From contig JBHGNT010000003.1 in NCBI GenBank assembly GCA_043228905.1, positions 22,382,001 to 22,446,000 on the forward strand: DNA of 64,000 bases. The letters run 5' to 3'. Source of the stretch: Azolla caroliniana (lineage: Eukaryota > Plantae > Polypodiophyta). The translations under genes were made by a program, and so were the position numbers. The notes beneath the pieces are model-generated. The model saw nothing but the letters and a program-made list of their open reading frames with translations, ran no database searches and was not told where the DNA came from. Of this stretch, positions 60,709-64,000 are shown in pieces. Every line of letters starts with the position of its first letter. Positions within the stretch are counted from its first letter, which is position 1.

Positions 60709-62207
60709 AGGCTAGACCGGTTTTCTCCGTCCCGACTCAATTTGGCGCATGCCGGTGGATGCGCGGTTAGGTGGGGGCGGATGTCGTGAAGAAAACCGTC
60801 CACAAGCGGAATCGGTGCACAGGAGCGTAGGAACCGGCTCTTCTCGAATGTTGTCCATAGAAGATCCTAGGCGGGTAGATTTAGTGGGTAGGAAGTAAAG
60901 GGGAAACGGCTCCTTCCTTGCCTATAAAAAGGAGGGAGACGAGAAGGGGGAGGGATCGTGGAGAGTCGAGGACGAAGTGCTGTCGGTTTGCGTGCGAGGG
61001 CTTCTCTCTCTCTCTCTGGTTTGCAAACTCCATAGCTTCCTTCTGTGCAGGTTTCGGGAGGCTCGCGCTGCTCTGAGGAATGCCCGAGTGCTTCCGGCAG
61101 CACCTCCAACCTGCTCCTATCTTTCTGTGCATTTACGAACAGGCATCGGCATCTATTCACCGGCCTGTTCGGTTGTAACCAACTTCGTGTTTTTGTTGCT
61201 GTCTTTGTTAATACATACATACATTCGTGTCTCTCTGTGTCGCTGTCCCACTCGCGTCTTTGTGTCGAAGGGCCGTGTCCCTGTGAATCTACGCTCGCAC
61301 GTAGTGGGTCTCTCGTCCTTTCTCTCTTGCTCTTCGGTACAGGACCCCTGAGGTCCCGCCTCATTCCACGCATCCGCGAGGAAAACCTCGACAACGTATG
61401 AGATGAGGTTCAAGATTAGGTTACTATGGTAACACAAAGGTGTTTTAAAAACCATGGGGGTGACAATTTAATGTCTTTCCCTGATCTCTATATCGATTTT
61501 TTCATGGCGGCTCCCCGAGGCTCAACCATTTATGTTCGCGTCATGAATAGTTTATACACGAAAAAAATGTTAACAATAAACTATGTTTCGGTGCCCACAT
61601 ATGTGGTTTCGGCTCTTTAAGTCCTATTACGAGGACCCCGAAGTGCACTTAGACCTTAAGTGTAAACATGTGTTATAGTCATATGTATCAACAATGTTGT
61701 ATGGTCTTGGTCATATTTGAACTCGAGACCTCGAGAACAAATACATTAAACACTTGAGCCAACCAAGTAGATTGCTCTTCTTTGAATATTTAATGTTTCA
61801 TGCGTATAGAGATATGCAAGGCATTTGCCTATATATGTTTTTTTTAAAGAAACATATATGTCAAGGGTCCTTATTTCGCCCTCATTTACTACAACTATGT
61901 TGGTACGTTAGCTAACCTCAAGTCTCGTAATTACGATGGCATACGCCAAAGTACAACCTAATGGTCAAGCCAAATGAGCCCTCTTTTCGTAGTAGGCCCA
62001 CCTAGCCCATCACATGGTCACGTCATTACGAATGCCTCTCGTAAGAATGATCTATGGTGGCATCGTATCCATGTAATGAGGGAGCGATGTTGGATACGTG
62101 TGTCATAGGAGCGACCTCACATGAAGTGGGTCAAGCCCGACGTACTCAACATCATTATGGATATACACGTTTCTTTACGTAACAAAATATCAATGTCACC
62201 AACGGGG

Positions 62208-62228
62208 TTTAGGGTTTAGGGTTTAGGG
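62208..62228 (+). repeat. Three perfect plant telomeric repeats (TTTAGGG)3 in the A leader
   Basis: GGGG-TTTAGGG-TTTAGGG-TTTAGGG-TT. Confidence 0.85.
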
Positions 62229-62470
62229 TTGAAAAAATTGTTGAAAAAAGGGATGGTGACAACGTCATTCTCACAAAAATGTGAGGACGGCCACCAAGAT
62301 CCTTTCCTCGAAAAGGAAATCATTCGATATAAAGATCACGTAATATCAAATATACATGTATGTTTATTTATCACATATATACGATCAACTACGTATACAT
62401 GTGACCACATATGCCTATATTAAACAAATCGTTATATTTAGTAGCCAAAAATGACGTAATTGAGATACGT

Positions 62471-62724
62471 AATCGAGGCATATACCTCTACGCACACAAG
62501 ACATCCAAAACTAAGGGTTAATCGTAATATGCAATTGAAGTATTGACCTCTTACGCATGCAAGACCAAACGCATATCATTTACAACGAATCGAGGTATTG
62601 ACCTCATACGCAAACGTAACATATGTTTGTGAACATAATACACAATTGAGGTATTAACCTCGTGCGCATTCGACACTCATCACATATGCAATATACGTCA
62701 AATGAGGTATTGACCTCATACACA
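62471..62724. repeat. Array of five ~25-bp palindromic repeats separated by dissimilar ~30-38-bp spacers in the A leader
   Basis: Consensus AATYGAGGTATTGACCTCATACGCA starting at ~62471, 62533, 62588, 62644 and 62700. Confidence 0.75.
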
Positions 62725-62974
62725 TGTAAACGTTTTATATAACCAATGAATTACCACTACAACATTATTGAATTAATGAAAAAAATCTACATATTAACCA
62801 TACACATGATGAGATAGGAGAAGAAAAAATAGACAAAAAAAACAAGAAAGATTATCGAAGTTCCTTTGTTGATCCTTGTGTGCATGAAGGCCGGCCGCAC
62901 GTAGATCGATCGCCATCAATCAAGAACACAAAAGACAACAAAAGAAACATTAGAAAATGAGCTCTGATACCAAC

Positions 62975-63440
62975 TTTTAGAGACATGAACTAATGTAAGC
63001 ATTAGATAAGGATGGAATATAGATGAATAGATAGATCTATATAGAGAGGAGAGAGAGAAAGAAGGGTGTCGATCCACCCAACCACCCCCAAGCGAAGGGA
63101 TCGAGACGGACTCGAGCCTTAATCGGCGTCCCATACCACCGCCTTGGCGTCGAGTCGTACCTGGTGCTAGCACGCTCGCTACAAGCATCGAACCACTCAC
63201 GAACAACGTCTCAACGTAGTCAATAGATGATGAAATGAGGGTAGCTAGGCCTCTTATTTATAGTGATACCCAAGGCCCCCATCCATGTTCACACTTGGCC
63301 TAATGGGTTGTCTCAATCCCGAAGATTAAAAGTAATCCTCCCCTTCTTTACACTCTTGTTTAACCCTCACACTTATCCACGTGTATAGAATACTACGGTA
63401 AATTCTAACCACGGGATATTATATGGTCATGCCCGTAACA
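62975..63440 (-). repeat. Element A 5' LTR
   Basis: Followed on the minus strand by GT and PBS TGGTATCAGAGC. Confidence 0.92.
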
Positions 63441-63560
63441 GTTTGGCTACTCCCAAGCAATTAGGTGGTTTGGCAATAGAGAATTTGGATACACATTTGA
63501 TTGTTCATTCAAAATGCGCAAAGTGGACCAAAGTTTTATTTCTAGAACCAAAATGGTCCA
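63441..63560 (+). mobile_element. Decayed LINE remnant, right part
   Basis: LATPKQLGGLAIENLDTHL continues the frame from 21471; the 3' extent is uncertain. Confidence 0.6.
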
Positions 63561-64000
63561 AATTTTAAGGTATTAGGGTTTGCAACATAATTGGAATATG
63601 TGCAATGCTTTCATGTTTGGTAGATCTATATAAAGTTGAAAGGCATACTTATGTGGCAAAGTTGGATATGTGCATGTATGGATTGTTTCATCATGTGGGT
63701 ATTCAACTTTTCCGATGGCACTAGAAAATGTTTATCTGTGTCAAAAACAATGCACACACATATGTGTTCACCCTTCTTGGTGGAGATTTGAGTATGACAC
63801 ATTCTCATGTCGTCTAACATGTTATCATATTTCTCACAGGTTACCTTTTGAGCATGCAATAAGTTAGTGATATTCATCATTCACTAGGTTTTCATTGCAT
63901 ACCTTGCATATCTTCATATTTGCATGACAATGCCATGATGCTACCTCAACACCTAACTTGTGTGAGCAAGTTCAAAGAAGTGTTAAGATTCTCCAACATT

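Larger units (their letters stand above)
47145..61393 (+). mobile_element. Element F: tRNA-Trp-primed Ty3/Gypsy (same family as B and G), containing G
   Basis: 612-bp LTRs 47145-47756 and 60782-61393 (about a dozen differences by eye); 4-bp TSD ACGT (47141-44, 61394-97); PBS 47760-47777; PPT GGTGGGGGCGGA; gag-PR has stops at ~48338 and 56965. Confidence 0.94.
21472..63440 (-). mobile_element. Element A: Ty3/Gypsy chromovirus, outer host of the nest, defective
   Basis: LTRs 21472-21938 and 62975-63440 (about 20+ differences by eye); 5-bp TSD GTTTG (21467-21471, 63441-63445); tRNA-iMet PBS 62961-62972; PPT at ~21939-21952. gag, PR, RT, RH, IN and chromodomain fragments are interrupted by B, D, E and F. 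Confidence 0.93.

Noticed and set aside
47230-61455. Many long antisense or overlapping ORFs in F, G and C, including LTR ORFs, as extra genes or env
   Set aside because: Shadow ORFs of GC-rich coding sequence with no recognisable domains; duplicates merely mirror the LTR pairs.
62208-62228. Chromosome end or fusion scar
   Set aside because: Only three repeats, internal to the element A leader; a telo-box-type motif.
62471-62724. Bona fide CRISPR array
   Set aside because: Eukaryotic retrotransposon leader, degenerate repeats and no cas genes; kept only as a hairpin-array finding.

Overview
Land-plant nuclear DNA, probably a fern or other non-seed plant (inferred from the retroelement families; not provable from the window). 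The first ~20.5 kb holds three intron-containing genes: a divergent 9-exon protoporphyrinogen oxidase (PPO1-type, +), a 2-exon cation/Ca2+ exchanger (CCX, +) and a clade-F-like PP2C phosphatase (-) whose intron carries a decayed plastid-type tRNA-Asp. From 21472 to 63440 lies a 42-kb nest of seven LTR retrotransposons inserted into a decayed LINE: an outer chromovirus (A, apparent TG...AA ends) containing B (Ty3/Gypsy, itself holding Copia C), Copia D (RT/RNaseH deleted), 5'-truncated Copia E, and F (Ty3/Gypsy, holding its inverted relative G). The most striking signal is the B/F/G family. All three copies share a tRNA-Trp primer site, 4-bp target duplications centred on CpG (ACGG, ACGT, ACGG), a D-H-G protease motif, and a predicted -1 ribosomal frameshift (G-GAU-UUU plus a covarying pseudoknot) placed after the protease. 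B also carries a tRNA-like Pol III promoter in both LTRs, and the leader of A has a repeat-spacer hairpin array.
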